Below are positions 42,145-52,414 of a DNA stretch of 64,000 nt, in pieces. The translations under genes were made by a program, and so were the position numbers. A model generated the notes under the pieces. The model worked only from the letters and a program-made list of their open reading frames with translations. It was not told where the DNA came from and searched no databases. Positions within the stretch are counted from its first letter, which is position 1. Each line of letters starts with the position of its first letter. Source of the stretch: an uncultured Actinomycetes bacterium (GTDB lineage Bacteria; Actinomycetota; Thermoleophilia; UBA2241); NCBI GenBank assembly GCA_963725665.1, contig CAVRZA010000008.1:32001-96000 (forward strand), read 5' to 3'.

Positions 42145-42654
42145 GTGCACTTGCTTGTGATGGCGAACGACACGTCGAGCGATCCCTTCGGGTCGATCAA
42201 GGACTTCTTCCAGTCGTCCACCTGGCATTTCATCGAGTACATGTTCATCTTCTTCGCCATCGTCCTGTGGCTCGCCTGTGCCTACTGGATCTACAAGGAC
42301 TCCCGGCGGCGGATCGACGACACCATCGTGATCGTGGTCGCCGTGCTCACGGGGGTGGTGTTCGGTCCCTTCGGGGTGCTCATCTACGCCATCCTCCGCC
42401 CGCCCGAATACCTCGACGACATCCGCGAGCGCGAGCTCGAGATGCGCACGCTCGAGCAGCGCCTGGCCGAGGAAGCGCGCTGTCCGCACTGCAAGGCGCG
42501 CGTGCGCGAGGACTTCCTGATCTGTCCGAACTGCATGCGCCGCCTGCGCGGCGTGTGCCCCAATTGCCGCCGGCCCGCCGAACCGAGCTGGAGGGTGTGT
42601 CCCTACTGCGAGGAGCAGCTCATGGCGGAGCCGGCCGGCTACGAGCTGCGCTAG
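42145..42654 (+). CDS. Membrane protein with double zinc ribbon
   Basis: 2 TM, RPPEYL, CPHC/CPNC/CPNC/CPYC. Confidence 0.85.
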   Translation: MHLLVMANDTSSDPFGSIKDFFQSSTWHFIEYMFIFFAIVLWLACAYWIYKDSRRRIDDTIVIVVAVLTGVVFGPFGVLIYAILRPPEYLDDIRERELEMRTLEQRLAEEARCPHCKARVREDFLICPNCMRRLRGVCPNCRRPAEPSWRVCPYCEEQLMAEPAGYELR

Positions 42655-42819
42655 CCGGTCAGGCCTCGTCGGCGGAGCTGGGCCGCGACGCGGCGGCCCG
42701 GTCGCATGCCCGGACGACAGAAGACTGGCTCTGAACACGGCACGAGGCGCCGGGCGTCTCGCTCCTCTGCCGGCGGAGCGGCGGCCCATCGGACGACCAA
42801 CGGTCCCAGGGAGGTCGAT

Positions 42820-43233
42820 GTGGAACGGACGTTCATCATGCTGAAGCCCAACGGCGTCGAGCGCGGCCTCGTGGGCGAGATCGTGGCGCGCTTCGAGCGC
42901 CGCGGGTTGACCCTGAGGGGGTTGAAGCTGCTGCGCCTTTCGAGAGAGTTGGCCGAACGACACTACGCGGAGCACCGCGAGAAGCCGTTCTTCGAGCCGC
43001 TCCTGACGTTCATCACCTCGGGGCCGGTCGTGGCGATGGTGTGGGAGGGACCCGAGGCGATCGCCGTGGCGCGGACCATGATGGGCTCCACGAACCCTGT
43101 GCACGCGGCCCCGGGCACGATCAGGGGCGATTTCGCGCTCGACACGGAGAGGAACATCGTCCACGGGTCCGACGGCTCCGAGAGCGCCGCGCGGGAGATC
43201 GCACTCTACTTCCGCGACGACGAGCTGGTGTAG
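42820..43233 (+). CDS. ndk: Nucleoside diphosphate kinase
   Basis: [20 protein letters not shown]. Confidence 0.96.
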   Translation: MERTFIMLKPNGVERGLVGEIVARFERRGLTLRGLKLLRLSRELAERHYAEHREKPFFEPLLTFITSGPVVAMVWEGPEAIAVARTMMGSTNPVHAAPGTIRGDFALDTERNIVHGSDGSESAAREIALYFRDDELV

Positions 43234-43273
43234 CGACCGCCGCTGTGAGCCCCGACCGCCGCTGGCGCGTGAC

Positions 43274-43876
43274 GTGACCTCTGCGCACGATAGGCTTCGC
43301 CTCGTCCTTGCCTCGCGCTCGCCGCAGCGTGACGCCTTGTTGCGCCAACTCGGGATACCGTTCCGCGTCTGCGTGAGCGGTCACGACGAGACGGAGCACG
43401 AGGGTGGCCCTGCGGCGACGGTCGAGGAGAACGCCCGCGGCAAGGCCGCCGCAGTCTGCGGGCGCGTGCGTCTAGCGGTGGGGGAGTTCGTTCTGGGCGT
43501 CGATACGGTCGTCGTCGTCGAGGGTGAGACCCTGGGCAAGGCGGCCGACGAGGTTGAAGCGGCCGCCTACCTGCGCCGCCTGAGTGGGCGCGCGCACGAG
43601 GTCTACAGCGGGCTCTGCCTGCGTCACGGCGCGGACGAGCGCTGTGGACACGAGGTCACGGCGGTGCGCTTCCGCGAGATCGGCGCCGGCGCGCTGGCGC
43701 GCTATCTCGCCTCCGGCGAGTGGCGCGAGCGCGCCGGCGCCTACGCCATCCAGGGCCTGGGGTCGTCCTTCGTCGCGGCTGTGCAGGGCGACTACTTCAA
43801 CGTCGTCGGTCTGCCGGTGCGCCTCCTCGTCGAGGAGCTCGTGAGCCTCGGCGTCGAGCCGCTGTCTTGGCTCTGA
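43274..43876 (+). CDS. maf: Maf nucleotide pyrophosphatase
   Basis: LASRSPQR, DTVV, AGAYAIQG, NVVGLP. Confidence 0.92.
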   Translation: MTSAHDRLRLVLASRSPQRDALLRQLGIPFRVCVSGHDETEHEGGPAATVEENARGKAAAVCGRVRLAVGEFVLGVDTVVVVEGETLGKAADEVEAAAYLRRLSGRAHEVYSGLCLRHGADERCGHEVTAVRFREIGAGALARYLASGEWRERAGAYAIQGLGSSFVAAVQGDYFNVVGLPVRLLVEELVSLGVEPLSWL

Positions 43877-44038
43877 GCGGCGATGAGGAGACCGGCCGGG
43901 GCGCGTCGAAACGTGAGGAGATGCGCCAGGAGGCAAGCGCGGGCCTCGAAGGCACGGCTGTGGTCGCCGCGAGAGCCATGCCCTATACTATGGGGCTTGG
44001 TCTGAAGCCTTCCTTGTCTGCACTGAAAGGAGCCGGCA

Positions 44039-45082
44039 ATTAGCTTCCTCAGCTTCCTCACCGGTTTTGGAGCTCGCGACATGGCGGTCGATCTGGGGAC
44101 CGCGAACACCCTCGTCTACGTACGGGGGCGCGGCATCGTGCTCTCCGAGCCTTCGGTCGTGGCCATCGATCACCGCAGCGGCGAGGTCCACGCCGTCGGC
44201 GCCGAGGCCAAGCGCATGCTCGGGCGGACCCCGGGCACGATCAGCGCCATCCGTCCTCTGAAGGATGGTGTCATCGCCGACTTCGACGTGACCGAGCAGA
44301 TGCTGCGTCACTTCATCCGCAGAGCGTCCAACAACAAGTGGGCCCACCCGCGCGTCGTCATCTGCGTGCCCTCGGGCGTGACCGGCGTGGAGAAGCGCGC
44401 TGTCGAGGAGGCGACCTACTCGGCCGGCGCTCGCTGGGCGGGCCTCATCGAGGAGCCCATGGCGGCCGCCATCGGCGCCGGTCTGCCGGTAGCCGAGCCC
44501 ACGGGGAGCATGATCGTCGATATCGGCGGCGGCACCAGCGAGGTGGCCGTCATCTCCCTCGGCGGCATCGTCGTCTCGCAGTCGATCCGGGTCGGCGGCG
44601 ACGAGCTCGACGAGGCCGTCATCAGCTACGTCAAGAAGGAGTACAAGCTCCTCATCGGCAGCCAGACGGCCGAGGAGATCAAGCTCGAGATCGGCTCGGC
44701 GCATCCTTTGCCGCAGGAGGAACAGGCCGAGATCCGCGGCCGCGACCTCGTGACGGGGCTGCCCAAGACGATCGTCCTCTCGTCTGAGGAGGTGCGCTCC
44801 GCGCTGGAGGAGCCGACCCAGGCGATCATCGACGCGATCAAAGCCACGCTCGACAAGACACCGCCCGAGCTGGCGAGCGACATCATGGACCGCGGCATCA
44901 TGCTGGCTGGCGGCGGATCTCTGCTTCAGGGGATGCCCGAGCGCCTGCGCGGCGAGACGCAGATGCCCGTGCATCTCGCCGAGTCGCCGCTCACCTGCGT
45001 CGCGGTCGGGTCCGGCAAGTACCTCGAGGAGTTCGATGCCCTTTCAAGGAGCATGCGCAGCGCGCGGCCGAAGGGGCGCTAG
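44039..45082 (+). CDS. mreB: Rod shape protein MreB (probable ATT start at 44039; first ATG 44081)
   Basis: DLGTANT, DIGGGTSE, AGGGS; SD AAAGGAG before ATT. Confidence 0.95.
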   Translation: MSFLSFLTGFGARDMAVDLGTANTLVYVRGRGIVLSEPSVVAIDHRSGEVHAVGAEAKRMLGRTPGTISAIRPLKDGVIADFDVTEQMLRHFIRRASNNKWAHPRVVICVPSGVTGVEKRAVEEATYSAGARWAGLIEEPMAAAIGAGLPVAEPTGSMIVDIGGGTSEVAVISLGGIVVSQSIRVGGDELDEAVISYVKKEYKLLIGSQTAEEIKLEIGSAHPLPQEEQAEIRGRDLVTGLPKTIVLSSEEVRSALEEPTQAIIDAIKATLDKTPPELASDIMDRGIMLAGGGSLLQGMPERLRGETQMPVHLAESPLTCVAVGSGKYLEEFDALSRSMRSARPKGR

Positions 45083-45104
45083 CGAGAAACGGCTGTAGCG
45101 TCTG

Positions 45105-45941
45105 GTGGCTCGCAAACGCGCAGTCCGACGGCGGATCCTCGCCGCTGTCCTGCTTCTGCTATCGGTAGGTCTGCTTACGCTGTACTTCCGTGAGTCTGAG
45201 GGAGGCGTCGTGCACCGCGCCCAAGACCGCGGGCTGAGCGTGCTGGCTCCCCTGCAGACGGGCACCGCGCGTGCCATCCAGCCCTTCCGCGACGGCTGGA
45301 ACTGGGTCGGCGACCTGTTCCGCGCCAAGTCGGAGAACGCCCGCCTCAAGAAGGAGGTCGTCGCTCTGCGAGCGGGGGTCGCCGAAGCGCAGGCCACGCA
45401 GGCCGAGAACGATCAGCTGCGCGCGCTGGTGCAGATCAGGCAGCAGATGGCGTCGATCTACCCCAAAGGCCTGCACTTCGTGACCGCGCGCGTGATCGCG
45501 CGCTCGACGGCGGCCTGGTACTCGACGGTGACCGTCGACGCCGGGTCGGAGCAGGGAGTCAAGGAGTTCGACGCCGTCGTGAACGGGCAGGGCCTCGTCG
45601 GGCGCGTGACCTCGGTGACGACCGACGCCGCCGAGGTCACGCTGATCACCGACCAATCGAGTTTCGTCGACGCCGTGGTGCTGCCCGAACGGGCCCAAGG
45701 GCTGCTTGCCGGCAGCGTCACCGGCGATCTCAGCCTGCAGTACGTCGACAAGAGCGCCAAGGTGGAGCAGGGGCAGTTCGTGGTCACGTCGGGGATGAAG
45801 GGCTCGGTCTTCATACCGGGCATCCCCATCGGCACCGTCGCGAGCGTGGCGCAGCAGGAGGTAGAGCTCTACCAGAGCGTGTCGGTGAGTCCCTTCGTCG
45901 ACTTCCACACGCTCGACCTCGTGATGGTGGTCGAACGATGA
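45105..45941 (+). CDS. mreC: MreC
   Basis: TM plus coiled coil (ENARL, ENDQL), GLVGRV, VVTSG. Confidence 0.92.
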   Translation: MARKRAVRRRILAAVLLLLSVGLLTLYFRESEGGVVHRAQDRGLSVLAPLQTGTARAIQPFRDGWNWVGDLFRAKSENARLKKEVVALRAGVAEAQATQAENDQLRALVQIRQQMASIYPKGLHFVTARVIARSTAAWYSTVTVDAGSEQGVKEFDAVVNGQGLVGRVTSVTTDAAEVTLITDQSSFVDAVVLPERAQGLLAGSVTGDLSLQYVDKSAKVEQGQFVVTSGMKGSVFIPGIPIGTVASVAQQEVELYQSVSVSPFVDFHTLDLVMVVER

Positions 45942-46546
45942 GCGTGCCGACGATCCCGTCGCGGCGGGCCGCGCCCGCGTCGGTGGCACCCGCGAGCGTC
46001 ACGCGCCGCTTGCACACCGCCCAGGAGCAGCTCAACCCGGCGGCAGAGCTCGCCCGCTTCTTCGTGCTGCTGGTCGCGGCGACGCTGCTGCAGACGCTGA
46101 TCGCGCCCAACGTGCGCATCCTCGGCGCGAACCCCGACTTCATGCTCATCGTGGTCGCCTCCGTCGGGCTCCTGCGCGGCTCGGAGGCCGGCGCATTGTT
46201 CGGGTTCGCCGGCGGTGTGGTCGTCGCCGTGGCTCTCTTCGAACCGCTCGGCATCACGGCCTTCGTGCTGGTGATCGTGGGTTACTTCTCGGGGCGATAC
46301 GCGGAGACCGCCGACCTCTCGTCGGGTTTCGCGCCCCTCGTCGCCGTTTTCGTCGGCAGTCTTCTGGCCGAGTCGCTCTCCGTGGTCGCCCAGTTCCTGC
46401 TCGGGCGCCAGGTGCCGCTCGACTTCGTCGTCACGAGGGTCGCCGTCCCGGCCCTGATCCTGAACACCTTGCTCGCCGCGCCGGTCTACGTCGCCGCGCG
46501 CTGGTGGATGCGAGGGGAGAGGACCCACCGTGCGTTGGAGGCGTAG
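45938..46546 (+). CDS. mreD: MreD
   Basis: Multi-TM, PDFML, position in operon. Confidence 0.88.
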   Translation: MSVPTIPSRRAAPASVAPASVTRRLHTAQEQLNPAAELARFFVLLVAATLLQTLIAPNVRILGANPDFMLIVVASVGLLRGSEAGALFGFAGGVVVAVALFEPLGITAFVLVIVGYFSGRYAETADLSSGFAPLVAVFVGSLLAESLSVVAQFLLGRQVPLDFVVTRVAVPALILNTLLAAPVYVAARWWMRGERTHRALEA

Positions 46547-48488
46547 GGGACCCTTCCAGCGTCGCCCCCTTCCCGACGGCCGTCGCGACCGTCCCATACG
46601 CACGCTCAGGGCCGACAGGCCGTTCGTGCAGCCGCCGTCGGTCGCCCTCCGCGTGGCCGCCATCGGCATGCTCGCCGTGGTCGTCTTCGCGGTCATCCTG
46701 TTCCGTCTGTGGTTCTTGCAGATCCTCACCGGCACGCAGCACGTCGCCGAAGCCAACGACAACCGCCTGCGCACGGTGAAGCTGGTGCCGCCGCGGGGGA
46801 CGATCCTCGATCGCAACGGCAGGATTTTGGTCGACAACCGGCCCGGCAACGCCATCGGCATACGCCCCATGGACGTGCCGTCGGGTGAGCTCAAGCCGCT
46901 CATCAAGCGCCTCGCCGGAGTGCTGGACATGTCGGGCGCCGAGATCCGTCGGCAGCTGCGTGAGCACGCCGCCAACCCCTACGACCTCGTCGTGATCAAA
47001 AGGGACGTGAGACGTCGCGTGTTCTCCTACATCCTCGAGCGCAAGGCGTCGTTCCCGGGGGTCGAAGTACAGAAGAACTACTTGCGGGACTACCCCGGCG
47101 GCGAGTTGGCCGCTCAGTTGCTCGGCCACACCGGCGAGATCTCGGGACAGCAGCTCAAGGAATCGCGCTTCAGCGGGTACTCGGCCGGCGATGTCATCGG
47201 CCTGTCGGGCGTCGAGTACACGTTCGACCGCTGGCTGCGCGGGCGCGACGGGGCGCTGAAGGTCGAGGTCGACGCCTTCGGGAGGCCCAAGGCGCAGGTG
47301 CCCGGCGGCAGGCTCGCGCAGCCGGGAGACAGCCTGGTGCTGACCATCGACGATCGCGTGCAGCGGGCGGCGGAGAACGCTGTGCGCTACGGCATCGACC
47401 TCGCCCACGCCGCCAACAACTGGCGCGCCGACGCCGGCGCCGCGGTCGTCATGGACCCCAGGAGCGGCGAGCTTCTCGCCATGGCGAGCTACCCGACCTA
47501 TGACCCCGCGATCTTCGCCGACGGGCTGACGCCGAAGGAATGGAAGAAGCTGCGCCGGCCCTCCGCCAACAACCCTCTCATGGAACGCGCCGACCAGGGA
47601 GCTTATCCGGTCGGCTCGACCTTCAAGCTCATCGATGCCGTGGCGGGGCTCGAAGAGGGCGTCATAAGCCCCTACACGACCTTCTCTTGTCCGGGCTACT
47701 TCAAAGCCTACGGGTCGACCTGGCACTGCTGGATCTACCCCGGGGCGCACGGCACGATCCCGCTCGATCTGGCGCTCGAGGAGTCGTGCGACGTCTACTT
47801 CTACAACGTCGGCCTGCTCTTCTACGGCCGCAAAGGCACGGAGCTCGAGGACTGGGCGAAGCGCCTGGGCCTCGGGCACCTCACCGGCATCGACATCCCC
47901 GGTGAGGTGCCCGGTCTCGTGCCAACGCCCGAGTGGCGCAAGAAGACCTTCACGAGTCCTATCGACAAGCTCTGGAAGCCGGGCAACTCGATCAACCTGG
48001 CCATCGGCCAGGGCGACCTGAAGGCGACGCCCCTGCAGATGGCGGTCGCCTACGCCGCCGTCGCGAACGGAGGCTTCGTCGTCGAACCCCACCTCGGCCT
48101 CAAGGTGCTCTCGCCCCAGGGCAGGCTGCTCGAGCGCTTGTCGGGGGCGGCGCCGAAGAAGCTCGACGTCTCGCTGGCCACGCTCGAGACCGTGCGCCGC
48201 GGCATCCGTCTCGCCGCCTCGGGTCCGGTCGGCACGTCGACGTCGGTGTTCGCCGGCTTCCCCGTTCCGGTGGCCGGCAAGACCGGCACGGCGGAGATGT
48301 TCGGCAAGGGCGACTACTCCTGGTACGTGAGCTGGGCGCCGGCCGACCATCCCAAGTACCTGGTCGCCGTCATGATCGAGCAGGGTGGCCACGGCGGCAG
48401 CGCGGCGGCGCCGGCGGCGCGCATGATCTACGACACGCTGTTCAACGTGAAGGGCGGTCAGATCAGCGGCGCGACCAAGAGCGACTGA
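46530..48488 (+). CDS. mrdA: Penicillin-binding protein 2
   Basis: RGTILDRNG, GSTFK, SCD, KTGTA. Confidence 0.93.
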   Translation: MRWRRRGPFQRRPLPDGRRDRPIRTLRADRPFVQPPSVALRVAAIGMLAVVVFAVILFRLWFLQILTGTQHVAEANDNRLRTVKLVPPRGTILDRNGRILVDNRPGNAIGIRPMDVPSGELKPLIKRLAGVLDMSGAEIRRQLREHAANPYDLVVIKRDVRRRVFSYILERKASFPGVEVQKNYLRDYPGGELAAQLLGHTGEISGQQLKESRFSGYSAGDVIGLSGVEYTFDRWLRGRDGALKVEVDAFGRPKAQVPGGRLAQPGDSLVLTIDDRVQRAAENAVRYGIDLAHAANNWRADAGAAVVMDPRSGELLAMASYPTYDPAIFADGLTPKEWKKLRRPSANNPLMERADQGAYPVGSTFKLIDAVAGLEEGVISPYTTFSCPGYFKAYGSTWHCWIYPGAHGTIPLDLALEESCDVYFYNVGLLFYGRKGTELEDWAKRLGLGHLTGIDIPGEVPGLVPTPEWRKKTFTSPIDKLWKPGNSINLAIGQGDLKATPLQMAVAYAAVANGGFVVEPHLGLKVLSPQGRLLERLSGAAPKKLDVSLATLETVRRGIRLAASGPVGTSTSVFAGFPVPVAGKTGTAEMFGKGDYSWYVSWAPADHPKYLVAVMIEQGGHGGSAAAPAARMIYDTLFNVKGGQISGATKSD

Positions 48489-48490
48489 CG

Positions 48491-49639
48491 GTGGACCTGC
48501 GCTCCTACCTGCGCCACGTCGACTACCTGCTCCTCGCGACGGCGGCGATCCTGACCGGCTACGGCGTGACCGTGGTCTTCTTCGCCACGCGCAACGACCC
48601 CCTGCCGCGTCCCACCTACTACTCCGACTACCAGCTCGTCTACGGCCTGGCCGGGTACGTCCTGCTGGTCGCGTTGTCGATCGTCGACTACGAACGCTTC
48701 CGCCGCTGGCAGTGGCCGCTGTACGCGTTCGCGATCCTCTCGATCCTCGCCGTCTTCGCCTTGGGACCCGTCACGCGGGGATCGCGTCGCTGGCTCGTGC
48801 TGCCGTTCTTCCGCTTCCAGCCGTCGGAGCTCGCTCTGGTGATCGTGACCGTCGCCCTCTCGGCCTTCCTCCTCGACCGGCTGCACCTGCTGGGAACGCG
48901 CCGCATCACTTTGATGGCCATCGCCTACGTGGCGCTGCCGGCGCTGCTCGTCTTCGCCCAACCCGACTTCGGCACGACCATGGTGTTCGTGTGCCTGTGC
49001 ATCGCCGTCCTCTTCTTCTACGGTACGCCTTGGACCCACTTTGCGGCCCTCGCTGGCGCCCTCGCCTTGGCTCTCGTCGGCGTCTTCGCGCTCTTGCCGG
49101 CGCTGGGCGTCCAACTCGTCAAGAGCTATCAGATGGAGAGGCTCACCGTCTTCCTCAACCCAGGCCACGACCCCTCGGGCAGCGGGTACAACCTCGCGCA
49201 GTCGATCATCGCCATCGGGTCCGGGGGACTTCACGGCCGCGGCAACCTGGCTACGCAGACGACGCTCGACTTCCTGCCCGAACACCACACCGACTTCATC
49301 TTCGCCGTCGTGAGCGAACGCTACGGGTTCGTCGGCGCCGCGCTGCTCCTGGCTCTCTTCGCGGTGCTCGTTTGGCGTGCGCTACGCATCGCCACCATCT
49401 CGCGCGACCTGTACGGCAGCATGATCGCGGGAGCCATCGCGGCCATGTTCCTGTTTGAGATCTTCGTGAACGTCGGTATGACTCTTGGTATCATGCCCAT
49501 CACGGGGATCCCGCTCCCGTTCATCAGCTACGGCGGGGCGGCTCTCATCACCAACCTCATGCTCGTCGGTCTCCTCGAGAGCATCCATATCAGAGGACGG
49601 ATCGCGGGTGTGGCAGGGGGGCTTCGTGGCAACGGTTAG
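48491..49639 (+). CDS. rodA: RodA SEDS glycosyltransferase
   Basis: QPSE, QPDFGT, PEHHTDFIF, GIPLPFISYGG. Confidence 0.94.
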   Translation: MDLRSYLRHVDYLLLATAAILTGYGVTVVFFATRNDPLPRPTYYSDYQLVYGLAGYVLLVALSIVDYERFRRWQWPLYAFAILSILAVFALGPVTRGSRRWLVLPFFRFQPSELALVIVTVALSAFLLDRLHLLGTRRITLMAIAYVALPALLVFAQPDFGTTMVFVCLCIAVLFFYGTPWTHFAALAGALALALVGVFALLPALGVQLVKSYQMERLTVFLNPGHDPSGSGYNLAQSIIAIGSGGLHGRGNLATQTTLDFLPEHHTDFIFAVVSERYGFVGAALLLALFAVLVWRALRIATISRDLYGSMIAGAIAAMFLFEIFVNVGMTLGIMPITGIPLPFISYGGAALITNLMLVGLLESIHIRGRIAGVAGGLRGNG

Positions 49640-50579
49640 CATGCGCAAGATCATCGGCGCGTTCAACGAGGCGCGCTCTCGTGCGGGGCGGCCCGCGAGG
49701 CTGTGCCTGGTGGGCGACCCGGGCGACGTCGCGATGTTCGCGGCCGCTCTGGTTTCGGGAGGCGGCGACGCCGCCGGCGGCGCGGCTCAGTCGGGGTCGG
49801 ATCGCGCGGCCGACGTCCTGCGCACGTTCGATGTCGATTCCTTTGCCCGCTCGCCGAAGGAGCTGCGCGCCTGCTCGCTGGTGGTGTTTGTGGCGCGCCC
49901 AGGGCGTCTTGCGCCCGAAGCCCTGCGCGCGCCGGTCGCGATGGTGCGCGAGGCCGACGTGCCGCTCCTCGCGGTGCTCCTCGACGCCGGCCGGGCCGAC
50001 GCGGGGCTCTGGGTGGCGAGCGACGTCTTCTTCGCCCAGGAGGTGGCCGTGCTTCGTCCCGGCGAAGCGCTGGCGCACTCGGAGGCGGCGAGGAGCATCG
50101 CCGGGCGCGCGCGCGACGGCGCCGTGCCGCTGGCGGCGCGCTTGCCGGCGCTGCGCCCGGCCGTCGTCGACCGCATCATCGCCACCGCCGCGCGCCAGAA
50201 CGGCGTCGTCGGGGTGCTGGTGTTCATCCCCGGCGCCGACATGCCGGTGATGACGGTGAACCAGATACGCATGGTCCTGCAGATCGCCGCCGCCTATGGC
50301 GAGCGCGTCGGGCTCGAGCGGGCTGTCGAGATCCTCTCGGTGGTCGGCCTCGGGTTCGGCCTACGCACGATCGCTCGCGAAGCGCTCGACTTCGCCCCCG
50401 GACCGGGGTGGATGTTGAAGGGCGGCTTCGGCTACGCGGCGACGCTGGCCCTCGGTAAGACCGCGGTGCGCTACTTTGAAGAAGGCGCGCCGCTCACGAC
50501 GAGCCGGGTAACACGGCTCACGGAGAAGCTTGGCAAGATTCCCAACCCACTCGCAGGACGGGGGTCGCGTACCGGATGA
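49626..50579 (+). CDS. DUF697/YcjF-like membrane-associated protein
   Basis: QNGVVG..PGADMPVMTVNQIRMV..AAYG. Confidence 0.7.
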   Translation: MATVSMRKIIGAFNEARSRAGRPARLCLVGDPGDVAMFAAALVSGGGDAAGGAAQSGSDRAADVLRTFDVDSFARSPKELRACSLVVFVARPGRLAPEALRAPVAMVREADVPLLAVLLDAGRADAGLWVASDVFFAQEVAVLRPGEALAHSEAARSIAGRARDGAVPLAARLPALRPAVVDRIIATAARQNGVVGVLVFIPGADMPVMTVNQIRMVLQIAAAYGERVGLERAVEILSVVGLGFGLRTIAREALDFAPGPGWMLKGGFGYAATLALGKTAVRYFEEGAPLTTSRVTRLTEKLGKIPNPLAGRGSRTG

Positions 50580-52401
50580 GCTGACCGATCTCCTCGCTCG
50601 CGTGACTCGCCCCGCACGCTACGTGGGCGGCGAGTTCAACGTGCGACGCAAGAGCGGCGCCTCGCCGCGCATCGTGCTGTCGTACCCCGACGTGTACGAG
50701 ATCGGGATATCGAACCCCGGTCTGCAGATCCTCTATAGCTGGCTCCACGAACGCACGCCGGCCGCGGTCGAGCGTGCCTACTGCCCGTGGCCAGATCTCG
50801 CCGCGCTCATGCGGGAACGCCGCGTGCCTCTGTGGACCCTGGAGAGCTTCGCCCCCGTGCGCGAGTGCGAGCTCTGGGGCTTCACCCTGCAGCACGAGCT
50901 CACCTACACGAACGTGCTCGAGATGCTCGACCTCGCCGGCGTGCCGCTGTGCGCGGCCGCACGAGGTGAGGGCGACCCAATAGTCATGGGCGGCGGGCCG
51001 GGCACGGCCAACCCGCTGCCGGTGGCACCGTTCTTCGACGCCTTCTTCGTCGGTGAGGCTGAGGGCAGGTTGGGCGAGATGGTCGAGGCGCTGCGCGCGC
51101 CCTCGCGCGCGCAGCGCCTCGACCATCTCGCGGCCGTCGGCGGCGTCTGGGTGCCGGCACGCGCGAGCCACGATTCGCCGGGGAACTATCCCGTCGCGCA
51201 CGGCGGACTGAGCGCAGGAGCCGAGGCCGGCGCGTCCCCCGAAAGGAGCGGGAGGTCCGCGGCCGGAGCGCGCGTCGAGCGGCAGGTCTTTAGCGAGTTC
51301 TCGCGCACGCCGCCGGTCACCGAGCCGCTGGTGCCGCTGCTCGAAGCGGTGCACGACCGCGCCGTCATCGAGGTGATGCGCGGCTGCTCGGCGGGCTGCC
51401 GCTTCTGCCAGGCTGGGCTCTGGTACCGGCCGGTGCGCGAACGGCCCGTCGACCTCGTGGTCGAGTCGGCCGTTCGCGCTCTTGCGGCCACCGGCTGTGA
51501 CGAGGTCTCCTTGCTCTCCCTGAGCTCGTGCGACTACTCGGGCATCGAGGACGCGGTGCGCGGCATCCGCGACCGGCGGTCGGACGTGCGCATCTCCCTT
51601 CCGTCGCTGCGCCTCGATTCGGCCGCCGTCGGCTTGGCTCGGCTCGGCGGCGACCAGCGCGGGTCGGTGACGCTCGCGCCGGAGGCCGCGACCCAGGCGC
51701 TGCGCGACGCGGTCAACAAGCGCGTCGACGACGGTCAGTTCCTTGGCGCCGTGCGCGCCGCCTACAGCTCCGGCTTCACCGGCGTCAAGCTGTACTTCAT
51801 GATCGGGCTCCCCGGAGAGCGCGACGAGGACGTGCGTGCCATCGCCGCGATGGCGGCTGCCGCCTTGGACGAGGGCAGGCGGCTCATCGGAGGCCGCGCC
51901 CAGCTCTCTGTCTCGGCGTCGTCGTTCGTGCCCAAAGCGCAAACACCGCTGCAGTGGGAGCCTTTCGCCGGCGCGGACGCCATCGTCCGCCGGCAGGAGC
52001 TCCTGCGTGCGGCGATGCCGCGTGGGGTGCGGCTGTCGCTTCACGACGTGGGTGCTTCGCAGGTCGAGGCGACCCTGGCACGCGGTGGCGAAGAGCTGGG
52101 GAGGTTCGTCGAAGGCGCCTGGCGCCTGGGAGCGCGCTTCGACGGCTGGCGCGAGCACTTCAGCCTCGAGGCGTGGCGGCGAGCCGCCGGCGAGGAAGGC
52201 CTTGACCTCGACGACCGCGGCGGGCTCGGGGAGGGCGACGCGCTGCCGTGGGATGTGGTCGATGCGCGTATCGCGTCGCGCTTCCTGCACGAGGAACGCG
52301 ACGCCGTGGCCTCCGGGGGCGGGCGCGACGACTGCCGCTTCGGCGCTTGCAGCGAGTGCGGCGCCTGCGTTGGGGAGATACAGATGGACCTTGTGGGGTG
52401 A
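50530..52401 (+). CDS. TIGR03960-type radical SAM protein (start uncertain)
   Basis: PARYVGGEFN, YPDVYEIG, CSAGCRFC, LAPEA, C-terminal CSECGAC. Confidence 0.9.
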   Translation: MARFPTHSQDGGRVPDELTDLLARVTRPARYVGGEFNVRRKSGASPRIVLSYPDVYEIGISNPGLQILYSWLHERTPAAVERAYCPWPDLAALMRERRVPLWTLESFAPVRECELWGFTLQHELTYTNVLEMLDLAGVPLCAAARGEGDPIVMGGGPGTANPLPVAPFFDAFFVGEAEGRLGEMVEALRAPSRAQRLDHLAAVGGVWVPARASHDSPGNYPVAHGGLSAGAEAGASPERSGRSAAGARVERQVFSEFSRTPPVTEPLVPLLEAVHDRAVIEVMRGCSAGCRFCQAGLWYRPVRERPVDLVVESAVRALAATGCDEVSLLSLSSCDYSGIEDAVRGIRDRRSDVRISLPSLRLDSAAVGLARLGGDQRGSVTLAPEAATQALRDAVNKRVDDGQFLGAVRAAYSSGFTGVKLYFMIGLPGERDEDVRAIAAMAAAALDEGRRLIGGRAQLSVSASSFVPKAQTPLQWEPFAGADAIVRRQELLRAAMPRGVRLSLHDVGASQVEATLARGGEELGRFVEGAWRLGARFDGWREHFSLEAWRRAAGEEGLDLDDRGGLGEGDALPWDVVDARIASRFLHEERDAVASGGGRDDCRFGACSECGACVGEIQMDLVG

Positions 52402-52414
52402 CTGGGGTCGTGCG

